The translations under genes were made by a program, and so were the position numbers. Shown piece after piece: positions 1 through 14,620 of a stretch of DNA of 64,000 nt. Position 1 is the stretch's first letter; each line of letters opens with the position of its first letter. The DNA is from the human T2T-CHM13v2.0 reference genome, Homo sapiens. Under the pieces are notes generated by a model, which was not told the DNA's origin, made no database searches, and saw only the letters and a program-made list of their open reading frames with translations. The stretch lies in assembly GCF_009914755.1 (NCBI RefSeq), contig NC_060940.1; one strand, written 5' to 3'.

Positions 1-1571
1 CTGAAATTCATAATTTGCCCTATTCCTCCGTGAGCTTTGTGTTTCCCAGAATAATCATGCTGACCCATTTCCTTAAAAATGTATTGAATGCCTAAGTGCT
101 CATTTTGCAAGGGCAGCAGCATAATTGGACACAGTGGGGAAACAGCAGAGAAGTGGTTTGCTTCCTGAGGAGAGGAGAATGTGGTGTGAGTACCGGCTGG
201 ACGGAATGTCACACCAGGAGGGACCTCATCTCTGCACCAGTGTCACTGAGCAGAATGCTTAAGGGCTATTTATGGAATTAGGGCTGGAAAACTGCAGCTA
301 ATTCTCAAAGAAGGGAGGGCTTCCCTGGATTATAAAATATGTGTTCTTTTGAATAATGGGACCGAATGAGAGTAGAATGTTTCAGCATTTTTTTCCTAAC
401 ATGACAGCCCTTTGGGGATCCTGGTGATTTTACAACTGGATTTCATCTTCATGAAATTCTGTTATGTGTGATCGTTTCTGCTCCACCCTTCCCCTTAAAT
501 AGTCACTTTAAAAGCATCTCTATCTTGCCTTGGAGATTGACTTTCTTGTTCCAGTTGTCTAGAAAAGTATTTCTATAGTGTGAGCTTTAGAAACTAGGAA
601 CAGAGGAGGAAGATCGGAGTCCTTAGGTTCAAACCTATTTAAGGTCCGTGCTCTGCCTTGTACCTGCCTGTCTCTGAGTTTCTCTTAATGCTTTTCCAAA
701 ACAGTTCATTAATGCAGTGACCTCGAGGTCTTGCTCAGATTTGCTTCCACTTGGACTGGTGATGAGAATTGCTGGTGAAGCTGGGTCCCTATGTGTTTGC
801 AGGTCTGTTTAGTAGACTCAACTTCTGCACATGTAGCATCCACATGTCCAGTCTCTTCTGTGAGATGTGGACAGCGTCAGTGCCAGCATAAGGGAATCAG
901 GGTTTGAGAACTCTCAATATGGGCAGGGTAGCCGTACTGTGTAAACCCATGGAGCGCCATTCCCATTGAATTCTACATCGTCTGCTCATCACTATGTAGG
1001 CCCCGATACAGATCTAACAGGGAAATTCTTGTAGTTTACTGAGGCAGGGCCAGCTGCTGGGTGAGATAGAGAGAGATGAGGCTGGAAAGTGGGTATGAGC
1101 CCGATCACAAAGCAGGTTATGTATTGTGATTGGGTTTGGAATTTATTCTGAATTCACTTGCCGTCAGTGGCATTTCAGAGAGGCCCCTTTAGCTGCACTT
1201 GAAAGGATGAGTTAGAGAAGCCCCAAACTGGAGGGAAGATACATTAAGACATGATTGCAGGGTGAGGTTTCTGTTAGTTCCTTGCATCTCTATGGCTAGC
1301 ACCATCCTGATCCAAACCACCATCTCCCCCGGGTGGTTGCAGTGGGGATCTGACGAACCCCTGCACCCCACTCGTCCCCACCTCCACACCGCAACCCAAA
1401 CAGCCTGATTATATTACCCCATAGGCAGCCTTTCAGGGACAGGGAGTTCACATTGCTCTCAGGAAGGAGACAAAAATCCTTCGTGTGGGTGGAGGCAAGG
1501 TCTTGCAAGATTTAAATGTCCTCACCCTCTACATTGTTCACTAAGTCTCCACACCACACCAGTCGCCTTGA

Positions 1572-1731
1572 TTTTTTATCAAAGAAATGGGGTCTCACTG
1601 TGCCACCCAGCCTGGAGCACAGTAGAGCAATCATAGCTCACTGCAGCCTCCACCTCCTGGCCTCAAGTGATCCTCCTGCCTCAGCCTCCCAAAGTGCTGG
1701 GATTACAGACATGAGCCACCATGCCCATCCC
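1572..1731 (-). mobile_element. Alu monomer (FAM/FRAM-like)
   Basis: Single arm: ggggtctcactgtg...gctcactgcagcctcc...caaagtgctgggattacagacatgagccacc. Confidence 0.8.
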
Positions 1732-1823
1732 AACTTTATTTTTTTTCCATCCGTCCTCCATGTTCTCTGTCACTAAATGTGGTTCACTCTCTCTGGAACT
1801 TTCCTGAACCATTTTATTACCCC

Positions 1824-2140
1824 TGTCTTAGTCTATTTTGTGCTCCCATAATAGAATACCTGAGACTGAGTAACTGATAAAGAACAGAAATGTATTTTAT
1901 CACAGTTTCAGAAGCTGGGAAGTCCAAGATCGAGGCAATAGAAGGTTCCATGTCTGGTGAGAGCTGCATCCTCTGGAGGGGAAGAATGCCGTGTCCTCAC
2001 ATGGCAGATGGGCAGGCTGGCCAAACACTGTAAAGCTTCTTTTATAAGAGCATTCATCCCACTCATGAGGGGAGGAGCCTGTATGAACCAGTCACCTCTT
2101 AAAGCCCCCACCTCTTTTCACCATCACAGTGGCATTAAGT
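1824..2140 (-). mobile_element. MaLR LTR, MSTC/MSTD-like, inserted in an L2
   Basis: tgtcttagtc...gaatacctgagactgagtaa...gctgggaagtccaagatc...cattcatcccactcatgagggg resembles an antisense MST/MLT1A LTR. Confidence 0.75.
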
Positions 2141-2149
2141 CTCATTGCC

Positions 2150-2470
2150 CTTCACCACGCACTTGTTTAACTTGCTTAATTTTTATTTATTCTCAAAATT
2201 CCTGCCCACTGTCAATTTTTTACAGAAGCTAAATTTCCCCTGTGTTATCTATCGAAAAGCAAGTATCTCTCCTTTTTGGCATTTAGTTCAGTTGTAAATT
2301 TACATTTGTTTATGTGATTCTTTGATTATTATCTTCCTTCCAAAACTGTAAGTCCCATGAGGATAGGGGCTATTTTTATTGGATCCTTATCATTTACCCT
2401 TCCTGCCACTTAGCATGGTGATGTCTCATAACCAGCAGCATTCAGAAATAGTTTTGAAAGAATGGATAAG
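2150..2470 (+). mobile_element. L2 3' end fragment
   Basis: actgtaagtcccatgaggatagggg...cttagcatggtgatgtctcata...gaatggat resembles an L2 tail. Confidence 0.55.
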
Positions 2471-2671
2471 AGACAGTAGAAGTCTGAATGAAGGCTTCAG
2501 GAATAGGAGCAGAGAAATGGGTTGGATGTGTGGGGTTGGTACTTTCTGTGTCTTAATGTTCTGGAGAATAATGACTCTCAGGTTTTTATCTGGGTGACTC
2601 AGTAATGGTGGCATTGTAAACTTAAGTAGGAATTTTTGAAGGAAAACAAGGTTAGAAATGAATACAACAAA

Positions 2672-2983
2672 GGGGCCTTTTCATGGTGAAGAAGTTCTGC
2701 ATCTTGATTTTGGTTGAGGTTACATGGATCTATACATACACATGAACCACACATACGCATGAACTACACACAGACACACACACACACACACAGGCACACA
2801 TGCAGTGAAATGTGAACAAGGTCTGTAGATTGCACTAGTATCGGTTTCCTTGTTTGGATATTTGGTTACAGGTTTGGAAAATGTTTCCATTGGGGGAAAC
2901 TGGGTAAATTGTGCATAGGAGGACTCTGTACCACTTTTGCAGATTCCTTTGAGCCTGTAATTATTTCAAAATAAAGGTAAAAA
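2672..2983 (+). mobile_element. Old L1M (L1MC4/L1ME-like) 3' UTR with internal (CA)n
   Basis: gttctgcatcttgat...cattgggggaaactgggtaaa...ctgtaattatttcaaaataaa. Confidence 0.7.
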
Positions 2984-3359
2984 GAGAGGGATCTAAAGAT
3001 TGGCAGGGACATTGGTAAATTCAGTTTGCAGGATATGGAATATAATGTGCTCCTTACAGACTCCACTAAGACCTCACCTCTCCTTTTTGACTCAATTATT
3101 GGCCTGAAATTCTTGTTGGCTCTTCTTGCATTCTAAGAGTGCAGGGCTCTGCTGACCTGTCCACCTGGCTTTGTTTTCACCCTTCTTCCATGTGGTCATT
3201 CACATCTCGGAAGGCCTAACTCCCCTCCTCCACACAGAATGAATCACAAGGTGCAATACTTACTTTCCACCTATTCAGCAGCATAAAAAGTCCAAGCAGG
3301 TAGGATTCCCTCCCTTTCCACCAGCCCCAGCTGTCTGTCTGTCTGTGTGCCATGCCGCA

Positions 3360-3511
3360 TATCTATCCAGAGGAAAAGAGGTCATCATATGAAAAAGACA
3401 CTTGCACATGCCTGTCTATAGCAGCACAATTTGCAATTGCAAAAATATAGAACCAGCCCAAATGCCCATCAGCTGAGTGGATAAAGAAACTGTGGTGTGT
3501 GTGTGCGTGTA

Positions 3512-3547
<36 letters not shown>

Positions 3548-3975
3548 CATGATGGGATATTTATACATATATATATACTTACATATATATATACACATAT
3601 GTATATGATAGGATGCTACTTAGCCATAAAAAGGAATGAATTAATGGCATTCACAGTGATCTGAATGAGATTGGAGACTATTACTCTAAGTGAAGTAACT
3701 CAGGAATGGAAAACCAAACGTGGTATGTTCTCACGCATAGTGGGAGCTAAGCTACGAGGATGCAAAGGCACAAGAATGATACAATGGACTCTGGGGACTC
3801 AGGAGGAAAGGGTGAGAAAGGGGTGAGGGATAAAATACTACAAATTGGGTGCAGTGTATACTGCTCGGGTGATGGGTGCCCCAAAATCTCACAAATCACC
3901 ATTAAAGAATTTACTCATGTAACCAACCACCTGTTCCCCAATAACCTATGGAAATAAAAAAAATTCAAAAAATAA
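3360..3975 (+). mobile_element. L1PB1-like 3' end (ORF2 tail and 3' UTR)
   Basis: ccagaggaaaagaggtcatcatatgaaaaagacac...aagtaactcaggaatggaaaaccaaa...aataacctatggaaataaaaa plus A tail; internal (TG)n/(TA)n at about 3496-3607. Confidence 0.88.
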
Positions 3976-4154
3976 AGTAGGAAAGAATGACACTGACAAA
4001 ATCTATAGGAAATGGGAGGCTATTTGCTGGACTAGAGTTTCTCATAGGCATGATTTATTCCATTGCTTAAAAGCAAAACATATTCCATACTTTATTTTTC
4101 TAATAAAGAAGAGCAACATCTGACTTTTACTGAGCTCAGTATGCCTTTGTTGTT

Positions 4155-4699
<545 letters not shown>

Positions 4700-4719
4700 T
4701 TATTATGATGTATTTTTGC

Positions 4720-4900
4720 CAGATGCTTTTTGTGTGTTATGTCCACACGTTTTAAAAATGTATCCGTAAGAGCAACTTTACCCATTGGATATTTTATTCC
4801 TATAGTGTAAGTGAGGAAATAGAGGCTCAGAGTATTCAAGCCATATGCCCAAGGTCACACAGTGGCACATTGTACCATGGAGATTACAACTCAAGTCTAT
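4720..4900 (-). mobile_element. MIR
   Basis: gtgaggaaatagaggctcagag...gcccaaggtcacac core. Confidence 0.65.
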
Positions 4901-5450
4901 TTGGCCCCATTGTAGGTCACAATATTCTATTTCATCTCTAAACAAACTCAGGGGACCCTAGCATTATAAATGCAAAAGAATGTTTAATGCAGATAATTCC
5001 TCAGCAAAATGGAGTGTCTAAGGAAGTCTTCGGGTTTGCTTTTGTTCTGCCTGAGCCAAAATCATGGTACTTACTAAAATCTTACTGGAAGTCCCTAAAA
5101 TCTTACTGGCAAGGGTACTTTTATTACGAACACATCTTCCTATAAATTTCGTTAGGTATTTCGTCTTTGTTATCTTGCTAAAGCAGAAGGCTGTTGTTCT
5201 GGAATGTGAAATTTATGAAATTGCAATGTTAGAAGGTGGAAGTAAATCCTACTTTTCCCTGTGGAAGAAGTTTGAGAGGCAGTGCTTGGGCAAGTTTCAT
5301 CCTTATATGGCCAGGTCTGACCCTATAAAGGTGAAGGGCTATTATAGTGGGGTTCAGAGAGGTAAGCCAACGTGCCTCAGGTTACCTAACTAGTAACTGA
5401 GCCCCACTTTCATCAGTTCTAAAACCAGAAAAAGAAATACCTGCCTTATT

Positions 5451-5741
5451 GGGAGGCCAACACAGGTGGATTACGAGGTCAGGAGTTCAAGACCAGCCTT
5501 GCCAAGATGGTGAAACCTCGTCTTTACTAAAAATACAAAAATTAGTGGGGCGTGGTGGTGAGAGCCTGTAATCCCAGCTACTTGGGAGGGTGGGGAAGAG
5601 AATTGTTTGAACCAGGGAGATGGAGGTTACAGTGAGCCACGATCACACCACTACACTCCAGCCTGGGCGACAGAGTGAGACTCCATCTCAAAAATAAAAC
5701 AAAATAAAATTAAAATTAAATTAAATTAAATTAAATTAAAC
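5451..5741 (+). mobile_element. 5'-truncated AluS (Sg-like) with (TAAAT)n tail
   Basis: gggaggcc...ggattacgaggtcaggagttc...gactccatctcaaaaa; flanked by the TSD aaagaaatacctgccttat. Confidence 0.93.
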
Positions 5742-5759
5742 AAAGAAATACCTGCCTTA

Positions 5760-6183
<424 letters not shown>

Positions 6184-6518
6184 TTACAGTATGGCCAGGC
6201 ATATTATAATGAAGGTTTTTAACTTTCTTAGAAACGAAATTTGTCCTTTTGAAACTCCCTCTTCAGGTTTGCCCTTAATCCAGGAACCTCTATCACATTA
6301 CAGGCGCCCAGCAGCACATCTTAATATATGTTAATTCCCTTTATTTCTGATACTGGAGAATTTAAATAGTGACTCTCCTCGTAGGATGCCTCCTGGCATG
6401 GTGGAAATTGCCAGAAGACAAAATAACAGATTTTATGGTACTTCGCTGTGGTTTTTCCATATGTCCAAACCCTATCCGTAGCTTTCATGACCCAGATAAA
6501 GTGTCATTAAGTATGTAT

Positions 6519-7040
6519 TAGTGATTCTCAACCCTGGCTTCAAATTCGAATCAGTTGGGAATGCATTAAAAACTATCAAAATTTGGCCGCACTCCACACC
6601 AAACAAATGAGAATCCCAGCAGCTTTATGCTTTTTTTATTCTCTGGTTTTTATTGTTTGCAATGTCTTGCTCTTGTTACATTTTTCTGACTGACTATTTT
6701 TTTAAAATGTTTTTAATGTTTAATTTTTGTGGTTGTATATATTTATGGGGTACATGAGATGTTTTGATATAGACGTGCAATGTGAAATAATTTTATCACG
6801 GAGAATGTGGTCTCCATCCCCTCAAGCATTTATTCTTTGTTTTATAAACATCCAATTATATTATTTTAGTTATTTAAAATGTACCGTTAACTTATTTTTG
6901 ACCATAGTCACCCTGTTGTGCTGTAAGGTAGTAGGTCTTATTCATTCTTTCTTACTATTTTTTTTTGTACCCATTAACTTATTTTTTACAAGCTCCTTAG
7001 TTAAGTGATTTTAACATGAAATCAAAGGTAAGAACCTCTA
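6519..7040. mobile_element. MER5-like hAT-Charlie relic split by an L1MA insertion
   Basis: Left end tagtgattctcaaccctggc...gaatc; right end agtgattttaacatg...aagaacctcta. Confidence 0.5.
6698..6978 (-). mobile_element. L1MA2/L1MA3-like 3' end
   Basis: tatttatggggtacatgagatgttttgata...ccatcccctcaagcatttat...tagtcaccctgttgtgct...tgtacccattaac. Confidence 0.85.
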
Positions 7041-7434
7041 ATATAAAGCTTACCCTAAAGCCCACCCCATTCCCACAGCATACACTGTCCACCATCATGT
7101 CGCTTATTCAATGATTGGAATAAATAACGGTATGAATGAATGAATAGCCCTCTAGGTCACTAAATGATGGTCATCTTGTGCTTTGCTTTGATGTTCGTCT
7201 TATCTTTAATCTCCCCTCGCAGACTTGAGATACTTCTTACAGTCCTTGTTGGGGTTATTTCTGGGCCCCACCGTGTCCGAAGGGACCACAGTGTCCAAGG
7301 GAGAGTATATGGTCAGTAAATGCTTGTCATATGAATGAAAAATTTATCATGAATACCCGTCCCATGGCACTCATGGCAGAATTGTTAATGGAGTCCCACC
7401 TGTTAAGAATAACTTATTCTTCTCCAACTGACTC

Positions 7435-7743
7435 TTTTTTTTTTTTTTTTTTTTTTTTTTTCTGAGATAGAGTCTTGCTCTTTCACCCAGGCTGGAGTGC
7501 AGTGGCACAACCTCGGCTTACTGCATCCTCCGCCACCTGGTTCAAGCAGTTCTCCTGCCTCAGCCTCCTGAGTAGCTGGGACTACAGGCACCCACCACCA
7601 TGTCCAGCTAATTTTTGTGTTTTTAGTAGAGACGGGGGTTTCACCATGTTGACCAGGCTGGTCTTGAACTCCTGACCTCATGATCCGCCTGCCTTGGCCT
7701 CCCAAAGTGCTGGGATTACAGGGGTGAGCCACCATGCCCAGCC
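7435..7743 (-). mobile_element. Full-length AluS
   Basis: Dimeric Alu with long poly(T); TSD ctcca(a/c)ctgact. Confidence 0.95.
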
Positions 7744-7827
7744 TCCACCTGACTGTTAAAACATTTTCTTTTTTTGAATTGATACGACAGACTTTATTGA
7801 CATCATAAAAATAGGTACGTGAGTGTC

Positions 7828-8246
7828 TGATATAGTTTGGGTAGTTGTCCCCGCCCATATCTCATGTTGAAGTGTAATCCCCAATGGTGGGGGGTGTTTC
7901 GGTTGTGGGAGTGGATCTCTCAAGGTGGGAGGTGTTTCGGTCATCGGAGTGGATCTCTCAAGGCTTGGTGCTGTCTTCATGACAGTGAGTGAGTTCTCAT
8001 GAGATCTGGTCATTTAAACGCATCTCGCTCTACTCCTTTTTCCATCATTGCCATGTAAGATGCCATGTCCTGCTTCACCTTCCGCCATGAGTGAAAGTTC
8101 CTTGAGGCCTTCCCAGAAGCCAAACAGATGAGAGTGCCATGCTTCCTATACAGCCTGCAGAACCTTGAGTTAACTAAACATCTTTTCTTCATAAATTACC
8201 CAGTCTCAGGTATTTCTTTATAGCAGTGCAAGAGTGGCCTAACACG
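7828..8246 (+). mobile_element. MSTB-like MaLR solo LTR
   Basis: tgatatagtttgg...taaattacccagtctcaggtatttctttatagcagtg...ctaacacg; 5-bp TSD GTGTC at 7823-7827 and 8247-8251. Confidence 0.9.
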
Positions 8247-10189
8247 GTGTCCTATATGGGGACTAATTGTCTCCAAGGTTATTGAGGTAGTTCTTCAGCT
8301 TATCTTAAAGTAACTGTTGGCTTTCATCTCTGGATGGTGTGTAGTGTGGGTGGGAAGAACCAACTAAGCTCCAGATTAGTTGATGCATGGTGAGGGAGTG
8401 AACCTTCCTCCCCTCCTTGCTTGAAGGTACCCCAGGCCCTCACTCAGGCATGAAGGTGCAAACTCACTCTTTGGCACAATTTTCAAACTCTTCATCATCT
8501 TATACTTTGTCTGCAAGTACAAACCCCTACTGAAACTTCACCCCAGGCCCTTTCCCAATATAAACCTTGCTTGACCACATGCAGCTGCCCACAATTATCA
8601 CTGACTTCATTTTTATGATTTTCTTTTTCCTAAAAAAAAAATGCCATTGCTGTAGGGAAGGGGTTCACATTTGCAGAACACTGACGTCTTGGCTACTTAC
8701 AACTCAGCCACATTTGGACTTTTCTATTCCATTTGGTCAGTCTCCAACTCTTTCTTGATTCACCTGATATTTTCAGTCAGAAATATGCACACGTTATGCA
8801 GTTTTCCCTTTTTCAATTTACTTTCTCACCATGAAGTTCCCATTGACCTCTCCCTGTTCACTGTACTCTGTGACATCACACATTGTGTTTCTACCGACTC
8901 ACCCTGATGTTTTTCCCCTTTACCGTAGATACTCCTTCTGACCACCTCCTCTGATCAATACTTCGCATTCATAATAAGGTGTATTGATGTACATATGCAC
9001 AAAACATCTTTCATAACTACTCAACTTATCCCTCCTGGAAATAAAACCCAATCTCAACAGTCTTTGGATATCAATAATTAATGTAGAGGAAAGCCCAGCA
9101 CCCCAACGCCCCTGCCAGAGATAAAAATAAGCGAAATATGCAAATTCCCGTTCAGACGGGGCACTATTGTAATGTGCAATGAAGCCATGCCTATTTAAAA
9201 CAACAACAAAAAATGAATCTGGCCTATGGATTGCTGGAATGTTGCTGGCACAATTCTTGCTGTCCTCATGGGTGGCAGACGTTTAAAATGTGGAAGATGA
9301 AACATACTGTTGTGAGCATTGAACATCGCATTACGAACGTGCTCATGGTACTTAATAAATTGTCAAAAATAATAAGACTGCTGCCAAGTCTGAAAGCTAT
9401 AAATAGCTAAAAAAAAATCAGACATGACTGCTGTGGATTCTTTTGAAAGATAATTTTCCTCGTAAGTAATTTCTATGAGCAAGAGCAATACACAGTTAGA
9501 TGGTAAAGTCTACATTCCTGGCTCCTGAAATGAACAGCCTGTGAATTAGAATGCTCCCAAAGACGTGGTGTTAAATAGAGTTGCAACTACAGGGTGGCCA
9601 TTACATTAAGTAATTTAATGAACACTGATACTGAGGAAATAAATCAAATGCAAACAATCAACACCAATCAAGGAAGCTGAGCATTTCAGGCACTTAAAAT
9701 GTATTAAATGAGTGTTTCAATCACAGTGGGTAGTTTTTCACAAACTCTCTTAATCAGCTAGCATCATTCTCAACAAAGTGCCCATGCATGTAAACATGGT
9801 GAACTGCAAAAGCCCAACACATTGACACATGGACACTTTTAGGAATGGAAATTCTGCTTAGGGTTTTCACTGATAGGATAAACAACAGCAGATAAATTGG
9901 GAAAGGTCAGTGGAAGTCAATGTTGTGAAACAGAAAAGAACATTCATATTTTTCATGTAGTTAAAAAAATAAGAATTTCAAACATAGAATAAAATTTGAA
10001 ATTGAATTCCAGGCAGCTAATGCACCTCCCAAAGGTGGTTTTTAATGTATCTTTGCGTAAAATTTCCATTCATGTATAAGTCCTGATAGGTGCATCTTTA
10101 TTTGTATATTTATTATGTGTACATGTTATATGCATATATAGTTATCAGTACTATAAGACTGATAAGTACATTCTCTCTATATATAAGTA

Positions 10190-10555
10190 TATGTTGTTTA
10201 TTCAAACAGGATCATATCCAAGCTCACTGCCTTTGCTACTTAATCAAATATCTATCATGATCTTTCCCTATCAGCCTGTATAGGTCTATGGTCTATTGCA
10301 TTCTGCTCAAGGTTTTCTTTTTTTTAAAAAAAGTCTTTATTTTATTTTATTTTTTTGTGGAGACAGGATCTCACTATGTTGCCCAGGCTGGTCTCAAACT
10401 CCTGGCCATAAATAATCCTCCCACTTAGGCCTCCCAAATTGCTGGGAGTACAGGTATGAGCTACAGCGCCTGGCCTGGTTGGAATAATATTTTACTGTAT
10501 GAGTCCATCATCACTTATGCAACTCTCTGCTTGTTAGGCATTTACGTTCAGTTTG
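10190..10555 (-). mobile_element. Old L1M (L1ME-like) fragment interrupted by a FLAM
   Basis: aggatcatat...tctttccctatcagc...tgcttgttaggcattta resembles the antisense L1 ORF2 end/3' UTR. Confidence 0.45.
10335..10475 (-). mobile_element. FLAM (free left Alu monomer)
   Basis: gagacaggatctcactatgttgcccaggctggtctcaaactcctggcc...cagcgcctggcc. Confidence 0.88.
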
Positions 10556-10572
10556 AGAGAGGATAATTTATT

Positions 10573-10576
<4 letters not shown>

Positions 10577-10619
<43 letters not shown>
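10577..10619. repeat. (CA)n microsatellite
   Basis: About 21 perfect AC units. Confidence 0.97.
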
Positions 10620-10620
<1 letters not shown>

Positions 10621-11092
10621 TCCTTAAAATGTATTATTTTATTTCATTCTCCTTCAAGTATTAGCATTGCATCTTTTTATAGCCTGTGAAACTAGGGAAG
10701 AGAGAGGTTAAGTAATTTGCCAGAAGGCACCCAGATAATAAACACATAACCCTTGTTTTAAGCCCAGATGTCCTTTTAATTCTGACCCTATGCCTTTAAT
10801 CACTACACTGAAGGTTGAGTTTTTAACCAATGTTAAAACTTTATCAGAGTCGTGATATATGTGTATACACTTCAAAAGATGTGTATGTTTGGAAATATTG
10901 AAGAAATATATGTCCTTGTTTTGTTTTCTTTCTAGAGAAAAAGCCAGGTACATTACTGTAATCAAAAGGGGTTTCTGAATTGTAAGAGATACTATCATTG
11001 TTAACAGAGAGTGAAGGTAAATATTCCCACTCATGTAAGAGTCTTATGATATTCTTATTAGTAGCTGCAGTTGGATAAATTGATATTTATAC

Positions 11093-11122
11093 GTGTGTCT
11101 GTGTGTGTGTGTGTGTGTGTGT
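11093..11122. repeat. (TG)n microsatellite
   Basis: Seen directly. Confidence 0.9.
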
Positions 11123-11469
11123 TTATGTACAGTTTCCTCTAGGAGAAAGCTTTTTCATTTGAAAACATTAGGTGAGTTAGAAGTGCTTTGCTTGTTCTTT
11201 CATTTCCACTCTACATCTTCACATCTTTGAAGAGATTTTGTTCTTTGTACTTTCAAAGAATTTTAGTTGAATTGGGAGAAATAAAAGTATTTTGATTCTT
11301 TAAACTCCAAGTACTTCTGGAGGTTTGGAAAGCATATTCCAATGTTCTTCCAATAATGCCTGTTATAAGTGCACTTACAGTCATGGTGCTGCTGTTTAAG
11401 CTTACGGTTTATGAGGAGACCTGCTTTCCAGCTGCAGCCTCCCTCCCTCCACACTCCTGAGGGAGGCAT

Positions 11470-11997
11470 CTTCTGTGTTATCCTGCCCAACAGTCAGTCC
11501 TCGTTCAGCAAGAAGCAGGGTATCATGTCCTCTAATCATGGTCCGTATAGACTCGGGTCAGGTGGACCCACCTCAGATTCCCCTGTGGCCCGTAACCCGG
11601 GCCTGTCTCATCAGAGCATCCCAACCCCTGACCTCAGTGCATGGCTTGGGGATGAGAACCTGGTTCAGCCAGGCTGGTGCCACTCCATTCAGAAATTGCT
11701 GGGGGCCCTAGCACCTTGGTTTGGTTGGTAGGAGTTGTGATGGTGGGAACTTAGAGTCGTCATGGCTCCAGTGATGGGAGATCCTGCCTGAGATGAAAGA
11801 CCATCCAGAGGGGAGTATATCTGAGATGAAGAGAGGACGGGTCCAGAGGCCATTGTATCAACACTCATGTTGGATCTGTAAGACACCCTTCAATGTTTAG
11901 TTGTATAAGCCAGTAAACTCCTTCTCATTACACTCCTTTAATGAAGTTTTAGTTGGATTTTCTTGCACATTATCTCTTAGAGCCGTGAGTGATGCAG
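11470..11997 (+). mobile_element. Old MaLR LTR (MLT1K/L-like), diverged
   Basis: 3' end ttagttgtataagccagtaaactccttc...ttagttggattttct...gagccgtgagtgatgca resembles an MLT1 terminus. Confidence 0.45.
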
Positions 11998-12230
11998 TCT
12001 TCTCTCATTTAGGGAGTTGTATTTCCATATATCTTGCCATCTTTACTAAATTCCTTGGAGAAACTTTGACTTTTTAATATAAAATAAATACAGTCTATCA
12101 CTCCATTATCCCTTCTAGTCTACCTTCTCAGTCACTGTCAACATTTTTTTTTTTTTAACTAAAATGGAGATTTGGTTATATCCCTCCTTCCAGCAAAAAT
12201 GTTAGTGGCATGCCATTTCCTGCAGAATGA

Positions 12231-12761
<531 letters not shown>

Positions 12762-12875
12762 AAACTTCATACTTTTGTTCATGCTTTTGGTGTGCTGTTT
12801 TCTCCTTCACGGATTTGTCTCTCCTGCTGGTCTGTTTTGCCACATTCTGGTGTCCTTTGGCAAACTGAATACCCA

Positions 12876-12920
12876 GTTTTGTTTTGTTTTGTTTTGTTTT
12901 GTTTTGTTTTGTTTTGTTTT
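12876..12920. repeat. (GTTTT)n microsatellite
   Basis: Seen directly. Confidence 0.95.
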
Positions 12921-13374
12921 TCGTTCTGGAGTCCTTAGTACCTCTGACAGTATGATATTTATTATATTTGATCAGAGTACCAATTAATATTAATATTCTT
13001 CCTCGTCCTCTTGTTTGATGGTTTCTTGGCAGAAGCTATATCTTCCCTGGGATGCAGAACATTGCTGAATCATAGTAGAAACTGATAGGTGTATGTGAAT
13101 GAACTCACAAATAAATGCGTGATTGAATGAATAATGCACTTTTTAACCTCTATTTCTTTGTAAGCAAGTCATGTGGGTTCATGAATATAAGCAGAAATGA
13201 TGGCTTTAAATTTTTTTTCTTATTTGCGCTTTCTTGTAGGCTTTCATTGCTTTAATGAAATCTGGCCCTGAATACCTTGCCAAATACGTTTTCCTTGAGG
13301 ATATTGATAATGGCTTTTTATGGTTATTTAAGACTCCCTCTAAGGCCATGTATCTGCACCAATAATTCCAGTTT

Positions 13375-13500
13375 TCATTTATCTATTCATTCACTTTTAT
13401 TAAGCACTTTGTAGAGTGCAGACCCTGGACCAGACCACAGCAGACCAATGACAAGATAGCATGCCCTTTGCCTCTAGGGATACCACGGTCTGCAGTGCAA
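13375..13500 (-). mobile_element. L2 3' tail
   Basis: ttcattcacttttattaagcactt...gacaagatagcatgccctttgcctctaggg resembles an antisense L2 end. Confidence 0.55.
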
Positions 13501-13523
13501 CATCTAGCAGGTTTTACGGTTGG
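13452..13523 (+). repeat. 72-bp direct repeat, copy 2
   Basis: 68/72 identical to 12354-12425. Confidence 0.95.
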
Positions 13524-13989
13524 ACCTGTTTCTTTATTGCCCTCTACACACTAATAATAATACAAATAACCTTCTGTGTGCTAGAGTAGTGGTAGGTGCT
13601 TTGTATGCACTCTTGATGATTCTCTTAACAACTCTTAGTGGTGTTAGAATTCTTTCTTCATGAAGCAGGGCACAAAAGCTCTGAGAACTAAAGACACCTG
13701 AGAATAACATCTGCAGCTACTCAGCAGTGAAACAAGAATTTAAACCAAGTTGTATTTGAAGCCAAAGCCACTACACTGTAATTCCATTCCTTGGTCATTC
13801 CCTGCCTTCATCAGGATCTCCGCTTGGTTTTGTTGAGACACAGAGTATCTTATTCTCATGTCCTTATTCATAGCTTTAAGCTCTCTTAAGCCTACTCAAA
13901 CTATTTCAGTCAAAATATGCAGTTTACTTTTCCCTCTCTTTTTTCTAAATGCTCTTTAACTTCAATGTCCCAGCTTTCTTAGAGGTCCT

Positions 13990-14620
13990 GTATATCTGAA
14001 TAATCAGAATTATTGTGGTTTTAAGTAACAGAAACCCAGTTTACAGTAGTTTTAACAAAACAACAAAACCCAAATGACTGTAGGATGTATTGAATCATGG
14101 AGCTGAGATCCTCATCATGGTGGCTCACAGAATCAAATGCATGACTCGTGAAGTAAGGGTGTCTAAGGCTGTACCTCAAGCTTTGTGACTGGAACTGATG
14201 GCTTGGAGTTTCTGGGACATTCTCTCTTGCCAATATCTACTTGTTTCCAGCTCTTAGTGGGCTATAGTTACTCTTGCTGTAGACAGACATCCTCCAAGTA
14301 GCCAAGGAAGAGTGAGCAGGCAATTCCAACATTTTATCTTTTAAGCATCATGATCTCCCCTTTCCCCAAAAGCAAGGGATTGCAAGTAACAGAACCCCAT
14401 GCCAGCTCCAGCATAAAAATTCCTGGGAAGGACTCCAGTTGGCTTGGCTTTGAGCTCACCCATCACCCAAACTTTGAGGCTAGGAAGAAGAGTGTTACTA
14501 TGATTGGCAGCTCTGTGGTAACACCATGGGTTGGAAAAGTAATTGGCCAAAAGGAAAAGGGGTGATTCCACCAGAAGAGAGAAAATGAGAAAATATGCCA
14601 GGATGCAAAATGTTAGATGT
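13990..14620 (-). mobile_element. MLT1K-like MaLR LTR
   Basis: taagtaacagaaacccagtttacagtagttttaacaaaa...tcctgggaaggactccagttggcttggc...tgattggcag. Confidence 0.6.

Noticed and set aside
924-1005. Possible MER91-like hAT fragment
   Set aside because: Only a short motif (ggagcgccattcccattg) is similar; too weak to call.
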